A DNA stretch of 64,000 bases. It comes from Candidatus Bathyarchaeia archaeon (GTDB taxonomy: Archaea > Thermoproteota > Bathyarchaeia > Bathyarchaeales > Bathycorpusculaceae). The DNA is taken from contig JAVZNT010000003.1 of NCBI GenBank assembly GCA_038882655.1, positions 1-64,000 on the forward strand, in the 5' to 3' direction. The notes under the pieces are model-generated. The model searched no databases and was not told where the DNA came from. It saw only the letters and a list, made by a program, of their open reading frames with translations. Shown here in pieces: positions 27,113 through 37,298 of this stretch. The position numbers and the translations under genes are program-made. Position 1 is the first letter of the stretch, and every line of letters starts with the position of its first letter.

Positions 27113-27799
27113 ATGGCTGTTGTAAAACATTTTATCTTAAAGTCTAGGAAAAGAACGGAAATCGATGAGTTTCTGCAGAAAAAACTTGAAAAGGCTGGTT
27201 ATGGTGGGGTAAACGTCTCAGAGACCCCGCTTGGGACTCACGTAGTTATTTACGCTATGCGCCCCGGACTTGTGATAGGGCGAAGTGGTGAAACCATAAG
27301 GGAACTTGCGAAGATATTGGAAGAGAGATTCAATGTTTCAAATCCGCAAATTTCAGTCTCTGAAATTGAAGTTCCGGAGCTGAATCCGTACATCGTCGCT
27401 ACGCGTGTAGCCTCTGCCTTGCAACGGGGCGTGCACTTTAGGCGCGCGGGCTTCTGGGCTTTAAATCAGGTTATAGAGGCTGGAGCTTTAGGAGCGGAGA
27501 TAATTATTAGCGGGAAACTGCGAACAGAAAGAGCCAGATATGAGAAATTTAGGAGTGGCTACTTGCCCAAATGTGGAGACCCGGCTTTAAAGTATATGCG
27601 TAAAGCCGAAGTGCATGTTCAGCTTAAACCTGGTATTTTCGGCGTCAAGGTTAGGATAATGCCTCCGGACGCCAAGTTTCCGGACAAAATCCAGATAGTT
27701 GAAGCTCCACCAGCAGAGGAAAAGCTCGGAGAGACCGTTGAAGAGGTTCCAGAAGAGACCGAAAGGACAAGCGAAGAGGGAGAAGAGGAGGCAACTTAG
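27113..27799 (+). CDS. rps3: 30S ribosomal protein S3 with acidic tail
   Basis: AGYGG, TPLGT, RPGLVIGR.G, GALGAEIIISGKL..ERAR.EKF. Confidence 0.97.
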   Translation: MAVVKHFILKSRKRTEIDEFLQKKLEKAGYGGVNVSETPLGTHVVIYAMRPGLVIGRSGETIRELAKILEERFNVSNPQISVSEIEVPELNPYIVATRVASALQRGVHFRRAGFWALNQVIEAGALGAEIIISGKLRTERARYEKFRSGYLPKCGDPALKYMRKAEVHVQLKPGIFGVKVRIMPPDAKFPDKIQIVEAPPAEEKLGETVEEVPEETERTSEEGEEEAT

Positions 27800-27802
27800 T
27801 AG

Positions 27803-28042
27803 ATGCCAATAATTAGGGTTAAGGAGATAAGGGAGATGTCTTCTGAAGAGCGGCTTAAAAAGCTCAACGAGTTTAGGACAGAACTCCTTAGACTAAAGAC
27901 TATGGTGAAAGCTGGCGGCACCGTAGAAAATCCTGCAAGGATTAAAGAGTTGCGGAGGGCAATTGCTAGAATATTGACAATAGAAAACGAGCAAAAGCTG
28001 GAGGCTAAAACAGTAGAAGGCAAGGAGAGGATGAGCAAATGA
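27803..28042 (+). CDS. rpl29: 50S ribosomal protein L29
   Basis: EIREMS.EER..KL.E...EL, ENPARIKELRRAIARILTI. Confidence 0.95.
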   Translation: MPIIRVKEIREMSSEERLKKLNEFRTELLRLKTMVKAGGTVENPARIKELRRAIARILTIENEQKLEAKTVEGKERMSK

Positions 28043-28320
28043 AGGTGACGTCGGACATAATACGCTACGCGTTTATTGGAGCAGAGGCGAAAGTAACCAG
28101 GAGCACTAATCATGGTTATGTTGGGTTACGCGGCAAGATAATTGACGAGACACGTAACACGTTTACCATACTCCATAACGGTGAAAGAAAAATTGTTGTA
28201 AAAGAGTCTTCTATTTTTTGTTTCAAGTTTTCCGATGGAACCGTTGTTGAAATTGATGGTAAGCTTCTTGTTGGAAGACCCGAAGACCGCCTTAAAAAAC
28301 GCGTTAGGAGGCTTTGGTAA
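28039..28320 (+). CDS. rnp1: RNase P protein component 1 (Rpp29/POP4)
   Basis: GKIIDETRNT, IDGKLLVGRPEDRLKK; canonical operon position. Confidence 0.94.
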   Translation: MKVTSDIIRYAFIGAEAKVTRSTNHGYVGLRGKIIDETRNTFTILHNGERKIVVKESSIFCFKFSDGTVVEIDGKLLVGRPEDRLKKRVRRLW

Positions 28321-28640
28321 TGGCAATAACTCTTAAAAAGCCTAAGAAAACATGCAATGATCGGAACTGCCCATTCCATGGGAGTCTTCCAATAAGAGGC
28401 CGCATATTAGAAGGCGTGGTTGTAAGCGCGAAAATGGATAAAACCGTGATAGTGCGCCACGACTATCTGAAATATGTTTCAAAGTTCATGCGATATGAAA
28501 GGCGACGCAGTCGCATACCTTCTCATAACCCGCCATGTATAGATGCAAAAGAAGGCGACCGTGTTGTAATAGCTGAATGTCGACCAATAAGTAAGACCGT
28601 CTCCTTTGTGGTTGTAGAGAAGAAGGAGGAGGCGAAATAG
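28320..28640 (+). CDS. rps17: 30S ribosomal protein S17
   Basis: [31 protein letters not shown]; ATG overlaps the rnp1 stop. Confidence 0.96.
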   Translation: MAITLKKPKKTCNDRNCPFHGSLPIRGRILEGVVVSAKMDKTVIVRHDYLKYVSKFMRYERRRSRIPSHNPPCIDAKEGDRVVIAECRPISKTVSFVVVEKKEEAK

Positions 28641-28642
28641 GA

Positions 28643-29083
28643 ATGGCAGCGAAGGCAAAAACAAGAGGCTTGGTTGCGAAGGGAGTAATTGGTCAAAGGC
28701 CAAAAATCTCTAGGGGGCTGCCAGCCGGCTCCATTCTGAGGTGTGCAGACAACACCGGGGCCCGAGAACTGCGCCTAATACAAGTTATGGGTTATAAGGG
28801 TAGGCTTAGGCGTGTGCCTTCCGCTGCTGTCGGTGACCGCATAACTGTTTCGGTTAGGCATGGCACGCCAGACATGCGAAAGAAAATCTTTCAAGCAGTT
28901 GTTGTCAGGCAAAGAATGCCCTTCAGAAGGGCTGACGGCATCTGGGTTCAATTTGAAGACAACGCGGCAGTTATAATAACCCCAGAAGGCGAAATGAAGG
29001 GCTCTGAAATTCGCGGGCCGGTGGCGAAGGAGGCAGCTGAAAGGTGGCCAAGAATAGCAAGCGCTGCCAGCATCATAATATAG
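28643..29083 (+). CDS. rpl14: 50S ribosomal protein L14
   Basis: [45 protein letters not shown]. Confidence 0.97.
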   Translation: MAAKAKTRGLVAKGVIGQRPKISRGLPAGSILRCADNTGARELRLIQVMGYKGRLRRVPSAAVGDRITVSVRHGTPDMRKKIFQAVVVRQRMPFRRADGIWVQFEDNAAVIITPEGEMKGSEIRGPVAKEAAERWPRIASAASIII

Positions 29084-29098
29084 CGTGGTGAGATTTGT

Positions 29099-29722
29099 AT
29101 GCAGACAATAACCCAAACATCAAAGCCTTCAAAACAAAGGAAAATGCTGTTCCAAGCCCCGGACCACGTACGCTATAAGCATTTTGCCGCCATCTTGGCG
29201 CCCGAGCTAAGAAAGTCTTATGGAACTAGAAGCCTTCCGGTGAGGAGCGGCGACACCGTTCGCGTATTGAGAGGAGACCATAAAGGGTTTGAGGGGAAAG
29301 TTGCCCGTGTTGACAGAAGAAAGTTCAGGATTTACGTTGAAGGCTTAACTCGAGAAAAGGTTGACGGCTCAACAGTCTTTGTTCCAATCCACCCATCGAA
29401 GGTTATGATAACAAAGCTTAACGTAGACGACAAGTGGCGAAAGAAAATTCTGGAAAGGCGGAAGAAAGCCAAAGAAGTTGCGGAAAAAATGGTTGAGAAA
29501 CCCCCAGAGGAAGTAGTGAAGGTTGTTGAAGAAAAACTAGCTGAGGAAAAGCCTCCAGCCGTAGAAGAGCTACCATCCAAAGAGAAGAAGCCAGTGAGGA
29601 GAAAAAGAGCCGCAAAGAAGCCGAAGGAAAAAGTAGAAGAAAAAATGGAGGAAGAAGCGCCGGAGAAGAAGAAAGGGGCTGTAAGAAGGCGCAAAAAAGA
29701 GGAGGGGTCTGAGCTTGGGTAG
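29099..29722 (+). CDS. rpl24: 50S ribosomal protein L24 with long Lys/Glu-rich C-terminal extension
   Basis: KPSKQRK, RSLPVRSGDTVRVLRGD.KG.EGKV, PIHPSKV.ITKL. Confidence 0.95.
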   Translation: MQTITQTSKPSKQRKMLFQAPDHVRYKHFAAILAPELRKSYGTRSLPVRSGDTVRVLRGDHKGFEGKVARVDRRKFRIYVEGLTREKVDGSTVFVPIHPSKVMITKLNVDDKWRKKILERRKKAKEVAEKMVEKPPEEVVKVVEEKLAEEKPPAVEELPSKEKKPVRRKRAAKKPKEKVEEKMEEEAPEKKKGAVRRRKKEEGSELG

Positions 29723-30473
29723 GAAAGGCGGCTCAACAACCCTTAAACGCAAGCCAGCACCAAGAATCTGGCCGATACATAGGAAAGAGTTCGTTTGGGT
29801 TGTAAAACCAACCTCTGGTCCCCATTCTTTGAAGAGTTGTCTACCTATAACATTGCTTTTGCGTGACATCTTGGGAGTTGCAAAAACAAGGAAGGAAGCA
29901 GAAATAATAACTGCGCAAGGGAAAGTTTACGTTGACGGGAGAGTTAGGCGAGACGACAAGTTTCCAACGGGACTTATGGATGTAGTCTCGCTTCTTGACA
30001 TGAATAAATACTTCCGCATTTTACCGTCACATAAGGGTTTAATCCTCCATCCAGTAAGCAGAGAGGAAGCCAACTTCAAGCTTTGCAGAATAGAGAGCAA
30101 GACGGTGGTGAAGAACGGGCATGTACAGCTGAATCTTCACGATGGCTCAAATATTCTCGTTAAGGTTGCTGACCCGAAGAATCCGCAAGAAGATGTTTAC
30201 AGCAGCTTTGACACTATTAAGATTAGTCTTCCGGATAGGCAAATTCTCGAACACATTAAGATGAAGGAGAACGATTATGTGATAATAACCAGCGGCAAAA
30301 ACATGGGAAAGCATGGCAAAATTGTAGAAATTGAGAAGGTTAAGGGTAAAAAACGCAAAGACGCCATAGTAACAGTAGAAGATGAGAAGGGCAACCGCTA
30401 CCAGACAGTAATGGAGTTCGTTTTTGCAATAGGCGAGACAAAACCGCTGATATCCTTGCCGGAGGCTCAATAG
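29715..30473 (+). CDS. rps4e: 30S ribosomal protein S4e
   Basis: LKR..AP..WPI.RK, P..GPH, VDGRVR.D.KFP.GLMDV, QLNLHDG.N. Confidence 0.96.
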   Translation: MGRKGGSTTLKRKPAPRIWPIHRKEFVWVVKPTSGPHSLKSCLPITLLLRDILGVAKTRKEAEIITAQGKVYVDGRVRRDDKFPTGLMDVVSLLDMNKYFRILPSHKGLILHPVSREEANFKLCRIESKTVVKNGHVQLNLHDGSNILVKVADPKNPQEDVYSSFDTIKISLPDRQILEHIKMKENDYVIITSGKNMGKHGKIVEIEKVKGKKRKDAIVTVEDEKGNRYQTVMEFVFAIGETKPLISLPEAQ

Positions 30474-30474
30474 A

Positions 30475-31014
30475 ATGTCTGAAGATAAAATCCGAAAAAA
30501 GTGGGAAGAAAATCCAATGCTTAAGCCGAGAATAGACAAAGTTGTTGTCAACATAAGTGTTGGAAAATCCGGAGAGCCTCTGGAAAAAGCCTCAAAGGTG
30601 CTGAAGGATTTAACCGGACAGGCACCGTGCAAAAGGAAGGCAAAGAAAACCATTAGGGATTTTGGAATAAGAAGGGGCGAACCAATGGCTTGTATTGTCA
30701 CGCTTAGAAAGCAGAAAGCCATAGAATTCTTGAAAAAGGTCTTGCATGTAATTGATTACAAGATTCCGAAGAGCTGTTTTGATAATTGCGGAAATTTTGC
30801 CTTTGGAATAAAAGAGCATATAGAGATTCCTGGAGTCAAATACGATCCTGAAATAGGAATATTTGGTATGGACGTGTGCGTGACGCTAAGCCGGCCAGGA
30901 TGGCGCGTTAAAAATAGACGTAGAAGTAAAGCGAAAGTAGGTTCAAGCCACGTCTTAACACCAGAGGAGGCTATGGTTTTTGTCAAAGATGCTTTGGGGG
31001 TTGAAATAGTCTAA
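30475..31014 (+). CDS. rpl5: 50S ribosomal protein L5
   Basis: [50 protein letters not shown]. Confidence 0.97.
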   Translation: MSEDKIRKKWEENPMLKPRIDKVVVNISVGKSGEPLEKASKVLKDLTGQAPCKRKAKKTIRDFGIRRGEPMACIVTLRKQKAIEFLKKVLHVIDYKIPKSCFDNCGNFAFGIKEHIEIPGVKYDPEIGIFGMDVCVTLSRPGWRVKNRRRSKAKVGSSHVLTPEEAMVFVKDALGVEIV

Positions 31015-31036
31015 TTTGGCTATGAGAGGGAGTTTT

Positions 31037-31201
31037 ATGGGTAAAAAGAAGCTTAAAAGGGAAAGAAAATATGGCAAGGGTGCCAGACCATGCGTCAGAT
31101 GCGGCTCATACGGACCTGTTATTCGGCGTTATAATTTATATTTATGTAGGCATTGTTTTAGGGAAGTAGCCAAAAAACTTGGGTTCCAAAAATATGAATG
31201 A
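31037..31201 (+). CDS. rps14: 30S ribosomal protein S14 (Zn-binding)
   Basis: [11 protein letters not shown]...[17 protein letters not shown]. Confidence 0.95.
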   Translation: MGKKKLKRERKYGKGARPCVRCGSYGPVIRRYNLYLCRHCFREVAKKLGFQKYE

Positions 31202-31211
31202 TGAGGAAAGC

Positions 31212-31598
31212 ATGATGGATGTGCTGTCAAACGGCTTAACAACAATTCTGAACAACGAGATGCGCAACAAACTCGAATGTGTTGTTAGCCCAGCCTCTAA
31301 ACTTTTAGGCAAGGTTTTAAGGGTTATGCAGTTAAACGGGTACATAGGCGAATTCGAATTCATAGACGATGGGCGCTCCGGAAAGTTCAAAGTCCAACTT
31401 TTGGGCAGAATAAACAAGTGTGGCGCCATAAGACCACGCTTCGCCGTTAAAGTTGATGAAATTGAAGACTGGGAGAGGAAGTTTCTACCATCAAGAGAGG
31501 TGGGGCTTCTAATAATCTCAACTTCGAGAGGGGTATTGTCCCATAGAGAGGCTAAAGAAAGGAGCGTTGGAGGCAGACTCTTAGCCTACGTCTACTAG
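31212..31598 (+). CDS. rps8: 30S ribosomal protein S8
   Basis: [39 protein letters not shown]. Confidence 0.96.
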   Translation: MMDVLSNGLTTILNNEMRNKLECVVSPASKLLGKVLRVMQLNGYIGEFEFIDDGRSGKFKVQLLGRINKCGAIRPRFAVKVDEIEDWERKFLPSREVGLLIISTSRGVLSHREAKERSVGGRLLAYVY

Positions 31599-31612
31599 GG
31601 GGTTTTTGACAA

Positions 31613-32161
31613 ATGCGGGCTGTGGAGGTCTCAAAGGTCGTTCAAATTCCAGACGACGTGGAAGTAACCCTCGAAGGCAAAAAAGTGACGGTTAAAGGTG
31701 CCAAGGGAACCCTAACCAGAGACTTCTCATCCGCCCCAATCTTAATGGAGCTTCAAGGCAAAAGCCTTCATATTTGGGCTAATTGGCCTCGCAAAAAAGA
31801 GAGCGCCCTAGTTGGCACAATTCATGCGCATATTAATAACATGATTACTGGAGTTAGGAAAGGTTTCACATACAAGCTGAAGGTGGTTTTCTCCCACTTT
31901 CCAATCTCCGTTAAAGTTCAAGACAAAATGGTGTTAATTGAAAACTTCACTGGTGAAAGAAACCCGAGGAAAGCAAAAATTGTCGGCAACGCCAAGGTGA
32001 AGGTCTCCGGCGACGACGTAATTGTTCAAGGGATAAACCTTGAAGAAGTAAGCCAAACAGCCGCAAACATAGAACAAGCCACAAAAGTGCGGAGGAAAGA
32101 TCCCCGAGTCTTCTTGGACGGCATATACCTATACGAGAAAGGCGAGGGAATGGAAGCGTGA
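31613..32161 (+). CDS. rpl6: 50S ribosomal protein L6
   Basis: HI.NMITGV..GF.YKLK, SHFPISV, NF.GE..PR, DPRVFLDGIY. Confidence 0.96.
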   Translation: MRAVEVSKVVQIPDDVEVTLEGKKVTVKGAKGTLTRDFSSAPILMELQGKSLHIWANWPRKKESALVGTIHAHINNMITGVRKGFTYKLKVVFSHFPISVKVQDKMVLIENFTGERNPRKAKIVGNAKVKVSGDDVIVQGINLEEVSQTAANIEQATKVRRKDPRVFLDGIYLYEKGEGMEA

Positions 32162-32721
32162 AAGAGCAGAACACCGCTGTTGTAAAGAAAGCCTTAAAGA
32201 TAAGGGCGAGGCTAAAAAAGAAAAAGCCCGACTTTGTGCGACAGGAAAGCTGGCGTTACGACCGGCTAAAGGAGAACTGGCGCAAACCAAAAGGCATAGA
32301 CAACAAAATGCGGAGAAAAATCAAGGGATGGCCTCAAACAGTAAACGTTGGATATAGAGGACCAAAAGCAGCTAGGGGACTCCATCCGTCCGGCTATGAA
32401 GAGGTTTTAGTGCATAATATTTATGAGCTAAAGAAAGTGAATCCTAAAACCCAAGCTGTACGGATCGCCCACACCGTTGGCAGAAAAACTAGACTGCAAA
32501 TTCTTGCAGAGGCGAGAAAGAAGAAAATAACAGTCTTAAATGTGGGAGTTAGGGAAGAGGAAAAGAAGGCGGAAGCGGAGAAAGAAGAAACTGAAGAAGA
32601 GAAAAAAGCTGAAAAAGAGGCAACGGAGGAAAAAGAAAAAGAGAAGACGGTTAAAGAGGAGAAGCCGAAGCCCAAACGGAAAAGAGTAGAGAAAAGCAGG
32701 GGAGGAAAGGAAGAACGGTGA
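32158..32721 (+). CDS. rpl32e: 50S ribosomal protein L32e with charged C-terminal extension
   Basis: KKKPDFVRQE, WRKPKGIDNKMR, GYRGPK..RGLHPSG. Confidence 0.95.
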   Translation: MKEQNTAVVKKALKIRARLKKKKPDFVRQESWRYDRLKENWRKPKGIDNKMRRKIKGWPQTVNVGYRGPKAARGLHPSGYEEVLVHNIYELKKVNPKTQAVRIAHTVGRKTRLQILAEARKKKITVLNVGVREEEKKAEAEKEETEEEKKAEKEATEEKEKEKTVKEEKPKPKRKRVEKSRGGKEER

Positions 32722-33173
32722 CAATTCTGAAAAGTCAGAGGCGACTGGCAGCCCAAATATTGAAGGTTGGTCAAGAAAGGGTTTGGATAGACCCTAATAG
32801 GATTGAGGATGTTGAAGCCGCCATAACCCGCGAGGAGATTAGGAAACTCATTCACGAAGGTGTAATTAAGCCCTTAAGAGAGAAGGGTGTCAGCCGGGCA
32901 AGAGCAAGAATAATCCACCAAAAGAAAAAGAAGGGCTTGAGGCGGGGACCCGGAAGCAAAAGTAGTGCAGAAAAAGCTAAAATTTCTAAAAAGGAGGCTT
33001 GGATGCGCAAGGTTCGTGCATTAAGGAAGAGGCTTCACGAGCTAAAGGCTAACAAAACAATCACTGAAAACACGTACAGAAAGCTTTACACGATGGTTAA
33101 AAGTGGGCGGTTCACATCTGTCGCTGACATGGAGAGATTTCTAAAGGCTCATGACCTTTGGAGGAAACGCTGA
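32718..33173 (+). CDS. rpl19e: 50S ribosomal protein L19e
   Basis: QRRLAA.ILKVG..RVWIDP, AITRE.IR.LI, RRGPGS, WM.KVRALR..L. Confidence 0.96.
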   Translation: MTILKSQRRLAAQILKVGQERVWIDPNRIEDVEAAITREEIRKLIHEGVIKPLREKGVSRARARIIHQKKKKGLRRGPGSKSSAEKAKISKKEAWMRKVRALRKRLHELKANKTITENTYRKLYTMVKSGRFTSVADMERFLKAHDLWRKR

Positions 33174-33790
33174 TGGCGCAAGGTTCCAGTTATAGTGTAC
33201 CGTACCGCCGAAGAAGAGAAGGCAAAACAGATTATCATAAAAGAAAAGCCTTAATCCTTTCCGGAAAGCCTAGGCTTGTAGTTCGCGGCACGCTCCAAAA
33301 CTTTATTGTCCAAGTAGTGGCTGCCAAACCCCGAGGCGACGAAGTTTTGGTTTCAGCTCACAGTAGAGAACTCCTAAAAAATTATGGTTGGAAAACTCCT
33401 AGGGGAAATCTCCCAACAGCTTATTTAACAGGGCTTTTATGTGGGTTAAAAGCCAAAACAAAAGGCATAGAAGAGGCTGTTCTTGATGTTGGATTGCATT
33501 CTCCAACGAAGGGCGCAAGGGTTTTTGCAGCTCTTAAAGGCGTTTTAGACGCTGGTTTGAGTGTTCCATATGGGGAGGAAAAGTTGCCAGACGAGAAGAG
33601 AATTCAAGGTGCGCACATAGCCCAGTATGCGAAAACGCTTTCAGCAGATACTGAGAGGTATAGGGCAGTGTTCTCAAAATATCTTGACAATAAGGTTCCT
33701 CCCGAAAGTCTTCTTGAACATTTTGCAGAGGTTAGGAAGTCTGTAGTTGCCTCTTTTAAGAATGGAGGTAAAAGCCGTGGCAGTGGATAG
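33173..33790 (+). CDS. rpl18: 50S ribosomal protein L18
   Basis: [40 protein letters not shown]. Confidence 0.96.
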   Translation: MAQGSSYSVPYRRRREGKTDYHKRKALILSGKPRLVVRGTLQNFIVQVVAAKPRGDEVLVSAHSRELLKNYGWKTPRGNLPTAYLTGLLCGLKAKTKGIEEAVLDVGLHSPTKGARVFAALKGVLDAGLSVPYGEEKLPDEKRIQGAHIAQYAKTLSADTERYRAVFSKYLDNKVPPESLLEHFAEVRKSVVASFKNGGKSRGSG

Positions 33791-34412
33791 AGCTAAAAGT
33801 TTAGAGGAGTGGGTTCCTAAAACCCGTCTTGGAAAGCTGATTCAGGAGGGTAAAGTAACCTCTATTGAAGAGGTTTTTATGGAAGGCTTACCCATACGGG
33901 AACCCCAAATTGTTGATGCTTTGCTTCCAGACCTTCAGGAAGAGGTTATAAACATTAATCTTGTGCAGAAGCAGACAGACGCCGGTGAGAAGTCTAGGTT
34001 TAAGGCGATAGTTGCTGTTGGAAATAGGGATGGCTACATTGGGCTTGGGGCTGGAAAGGCAAGCCAAGTGCGAACTGCAATAGAGAAGGCAGCTGCAGAT
34101 GCCAGATTAAAACTTGTTCCAATAAGGCGAGGGTGTGGCAGCTGGGAATGTGGATGTGGAAAACCCCACTCTGTTCCATTCCAGGTTGAGGGCAGATGCG
34201 GCGGCGTAAAAATCGTCATCGTTCCAGGACCGAGAGGCTTAGGCTTGGTTGCCAGCGAAGTTGCAAAAGTGATTCTTGGACTTGCAGGGATAAAAGATTG
34301 TTGGACAAGGAGCTACGGCTCAACACGAACTGTTCCTTCCTTCGCGTATGCAGTTTTTGATGCTTTGAAGAGGACCTACAGCCTAATAACGCCAATGGAT
34401 TGGGTGAAATAG
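33777..34412 (+). CDS. rps5: 30S ribosomal protein S5
   Basis: GTG start after GGAGGT; [33 protein letters not shown]. Confidence 0.96.
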   Translation: MAVDRAKSLEEWVPKTRLGKLIQEGKVTSIEEVFMEGLPIREPQIVDALLPDLQEEVININLVQKQTDAGEKSRFKAIVAVGNRDGYIGLGAGKASQVRTAIEKAAADARLKLVPIRRGCGSWECGCGKPHSVPFQVEGRCGGVKIVIVPGPRGLGLVASEVAKVILGLAGIKDCWTRSYGSTRTVPSFAYAVFDALKRTYSLITPMDWVK

Positions 34413-34413
34413 C

Positions 34414-34902
34414 TTGCCAGAAGAGACCAAAAGCCGAAAATGTATTACAGCCATTCGCGTCCGCGGAATTATAAGCGCGCCCCTACAGGTTAGGGAAACC
34501 CTAAAAATGTTAAACTTGAAAAGGAACAACTATGCAGTTTTGATTGATAATAGACCCTCCTTTCTTGGAATGTTAAAAACAGCTCAAAGCTTTGTCACTT
34601 GGGGTGAAATTTCAAAAGAGACCTTGAGGGCGCTGTTAAAGAAGAGGGGTAAACTTATTGGAAACAAAAAGTTGACGGATGATTATGCAAAAAAGCTTGG
34701 TTACGCCTCTTTGGAGGAGCTTGCAGAAGCAATATATAACTGTAAAGTTGAGTACTGGAAGCTTCCGAGCATACAGCCATATTTTAGGTTGCACCCGCCA
34801 ACGAAGGGTTTCAAGGGTAAGACAAAGAAGGGCTATGGCATGGGCGGCGAGCTTGGATACCGCGGCGAAAAAATAAATGAGCTTTTAGAGAGAATGATTT
34901 AA
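34414..34902 (+). CDS. rpl30: 50S ribosomal protein L30 (archaeal long form)
   Basis: AIRVRG, TL.ML.L.R.N, VTWGE, FRLHPP.KGF, GELGYRGE.INEL..RMI. Confidence 0.95.
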   Translation: MPEETKSRKCITAIRVRGIISAPLQVRETLKMLNLKRNNYAVLIDNRPSFLGMLKTAQSFVTWGEISKETLRALLKKRGKLIGNKKLTDDYAKKLGYASLEELAEAIYNCKVEYWKLPSIQPYFRLHPPTKGFKGKTKKGYGMGGELGYRGEKINELLERMI

Positions 34903-34979
34903 AGGCTCTCTTATGTTGTGGCGATACCTTTTATAACTTGTTTGAAGATGCGTTTGTGTCAAAGGGAGGAGAGACCAGC

Positions 34980-35417
34980 GTGAGATGGCGAAGAAGCGAG
35001 AAACTTCCCAAATGGTTTAGAACCGCTAAAAGACTGAGCAGAACCGAAGATAAAGCTTTAAAGTTTGAAAATTTGAGAATTGCAAAACAGCATTCTCATA
35101 GGTATAAAGGTTTAAAGACTTTTAAAGTTAAAAGTTGGAAAGAGCCCGAGCCGTTGGTGGATGTTTTTAGGGAAAAGGACAAAATAGTTGTTGTCGCCGA
35201 GCTTAAGGGCTTTAAGAAAGAAAACATAAAGATTCAAGCCAAAAAACAGCAGCTAACCCTGGCGGCGAGGGCTCAGGGGCGCAGATACTATAAAAGTTTA
35301 AATCTTCCAGAGGCTGTGATTCCAGAGGCAGTCCGCATAACATATAAGAATGGAGTCCTCGAAATACAGTTAAAGAAAGCCCTAGAAGAGAAACCACTAA
35401 ACAAGGTTGCTGGTTAA
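34980..35417 (+). CDS. Hsp20/alpha-crystallin domain protein inserted in the r-protein operon
   Basis: EPLVDVF, VVAEL.G..KE.I, YYK...LP, TYKNGVLEI.LKK; probable GTG start after GGAGG; basic N-terminus. Confidence 0.85.
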   Translation: MRWRRSEKLPKWFRTAKRLSRTEDKALKFENLRIAKQHSHRYKGLKTFKVKSWKEPEPLVDVFREKDKIVVVAELKGFKKENIKIQAKKQQLTLAARAQGRRYYKSLNLPEAVIPEAVRITYKNGVLEIQLKKALEEKPLNKVAG

Positions 35418-35419
35418 GG

Positions 35420-35860
35420 ATGCCCCATAGACTTAGGAAAATCCGCAAAAAACGCGGTTCAAGAACATGCGGCTACGGAAGAGTAGGACAGCATAGAAAA
35501 TCAGGCTCCAAGGGATACCGCAGAGCCGGACGCCACAAGCACGGTTGGACATACGTCATAAAATACGAGCCAGAATACTTCGGAAAAAAGGGTTTCACCT
35601 CGCCTAAAAGTTTAAAACAAAAAAATAAAGTCATAAACGTTGGGGAGCTCGAAGAAATAGCCGAAAAATGCGGAGGAAGAACTGATGAAGGAAAAATCTT
35701 CATAGACTTGAATGGTTTAGGCTACACGAAGCTTCTTGGCTCTGGAAAAATAACAAAACCCCTAATCGTTAAAGTTGCCTTTTGCTCAAAATCAGCGGCT
35801 GAAAAAATAGAGGAGATTGGAGGGCAAGTTTTAGTAAAGTCTCAACAAGCTGGGGAGTAG
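35420..35860 (+). CDS. rpl15: 50S ribosomal protein L15
   Basis: RK.RGSRT.GYGRVGQHRK.G, GKKGF, KLLGSG, A.EKIE..GG. Confidence 0.96.
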   Translation: MPHRLRKIRKKRGSRTCGYGRVGQHRKSGSKGYRRAGRHKHGWTYVIKYEPEYFGKKGFTSPKSLKQKNKVINVGELEEIAEKCGGRTDEGKIFIDLNGLGYTKLLGSGKITKPLIVKVAFCSKSAAEKIEEIGGQVLVKSQQAGE

Positions 35861-35870
35861 CGGTTAACCC

Positions 35871-37289
35871 ATGGCTGGAAGGTTTCTTAACTTCTTTAAA
35901 CCCGTTGCGCGTTTCATTCCAGAGGTAAAAGCTCCAGAGCGTAGAGTGAGCTTTAATGAAAAACTCTTCTGGACAGCCATAGCCCTCATAATATACCTAG
36001 TAATGGCCAGTAATGCGTGCAGCCTTTACGGTATTCAAAGTTCAGAGGAGTTTGCACCCCTAAGGATAATTTTTGCTTCAAGCCGCGGCACTTTGATGGA
36101 GCTAGGCATAGGTCCAATCGTGACCGCTGGCTTAATTTTGCAACTTTTAGTTGGTTCCGCCATGATAGAATGTGACATGTCAAAACCTGAAGACAGAGCC
36201 TTATTCACAACAGCAAGCAAAGTTTTTGCGATAATTCTCACTGGGGTTCAAGCATCGGCTTACATAATAAGCGGAATGTACGGTAACTTGCCCGGCACAA
36301 CTGCCATAATCGTTTTTCTTCAACTCTTAGCCGCCGGGCTCATAGTCCTACTCCTAGACGAGCTTATCCAGAAAGGTTGGGGGTTCGGTAGTGGGATCAG
36401 CCTCTTCATAATGGCAGGTGTTGCACAGCAAATATTTCTTCAATGCTTCGATATTAGTGGAGCTGTTGATGAATACTACAATCACGGAATTTTTCCAGCG
36501 TTAGCAGGTGCCATAATTAATGGAAAACCAATTACAGGATTATGGTTAAGAGGCAATCTTCCGTCCTTAACAGGGTTCATAGCAACAATAGCCGCTTTCC
36601 TTGTGATAATTTATATGGAAGGTGTTAGAGTGGAGTTGCCGCTTTCTTACGCTGGCTACCGCGGTTTTAGGAGTCGCTACCCGATAAAGCTGCTGTACGT
36701 TTCAAATCTCCCAGTGATTTTTGCATCTGCGCTTTTTGCCAACATATACTTCTTCTCATATCTACTATGGAGCCAACCATGGGGTAAAGACAACGTTTGG
36801 ATTAAACTTTTAGGAGATTATAAGTATGACTATAACGCTCGACAGAATGTGCCTGTCGGAGGCCTTGTTTATTTTGTAACTTCTCCAGGCAACCTTACCA
36901 ACGTGATGAATGAGCCTTTAAGAGCCATTGGATATTTAGCAATTCTCATAGTTTTCTGTGTAATCTTTTCGCTTACTTGGCTTGAAGTTGGCGGTTTAGG
37001 GCCTTCAACAGTGGCGAAGCAGCTTGTAGATTCTGGCATGCAGATTCCGGGTTATAGACGTTCAGGTAAGGCTGTTGAGCAGATTCTTAAACGCTACATT
37101 CCAGCAGTCACTGTTTTGGGCGGAATTATAGTTGGATTAATCGCTGGTTTATCAGATTTCTTTGGAGTTTTCGGCTCCGGTATAGGGATTTTGCTTTCTG
37201 TAGGCATAGTTTACCAGTACTATGAAATTTTGGTGCGTGAAAGAGCAGCCGAAATGTACCCCGCCTTCAGAAGAATATTTGGAGAGTGA
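35871..37289 (+). CDS. secY: Preprotein translocase SecY/Sec61alpha
   Basis: GTLMELGIGPIVTAGLILQLL, LDEL..KGWG.GSGISLFI, YPIKLLYVSNLPVI, GMQIPGYR, G.GILL.VGI. Confidence 0.97.
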   Translation: MAGRFLNFFKPVARFIPEVKAPERRVSFNEKLFWTAIALIIYLVMASNACSLYGIQSSEEFAPLRIIFASSRGTLMELGIGPIVTAGLILQLLVGSAMIECDMSKPEDRALFTTASKVFAIILTGVQASAYIISGMYGNLPGTTAIIVFLQLLAAGLIVLLLDELIQKGWGFGSGISLFIMAGVAQQIFLQCFDISGAVDEYYNHGIFPALAGAIINGKPITGLWLRGNLPSLTGFIATIAAFLVIIYMEGVRVELPLSYAGYRGFRSRYPIKLLYVSNLPVIFASALFANIYFFSYLLWSQPWGKDNVWIKLLGDYKYDYNARQNVPVGGLVYFVTSPGNLTNVMNEPLRAIGYLAILIVFCVIFSLTWLEVGGLGPSTVAKQLVDSGMQIPGYRRSGKAVEQILKRYIPAVTVLGGIIVGLIAGLSDFFGVFGSGIGILLSVGIVYQYYEILVRERAAEMYPAFRRIFGE

Positions 37290-37298
37290 GTTTAAAGC

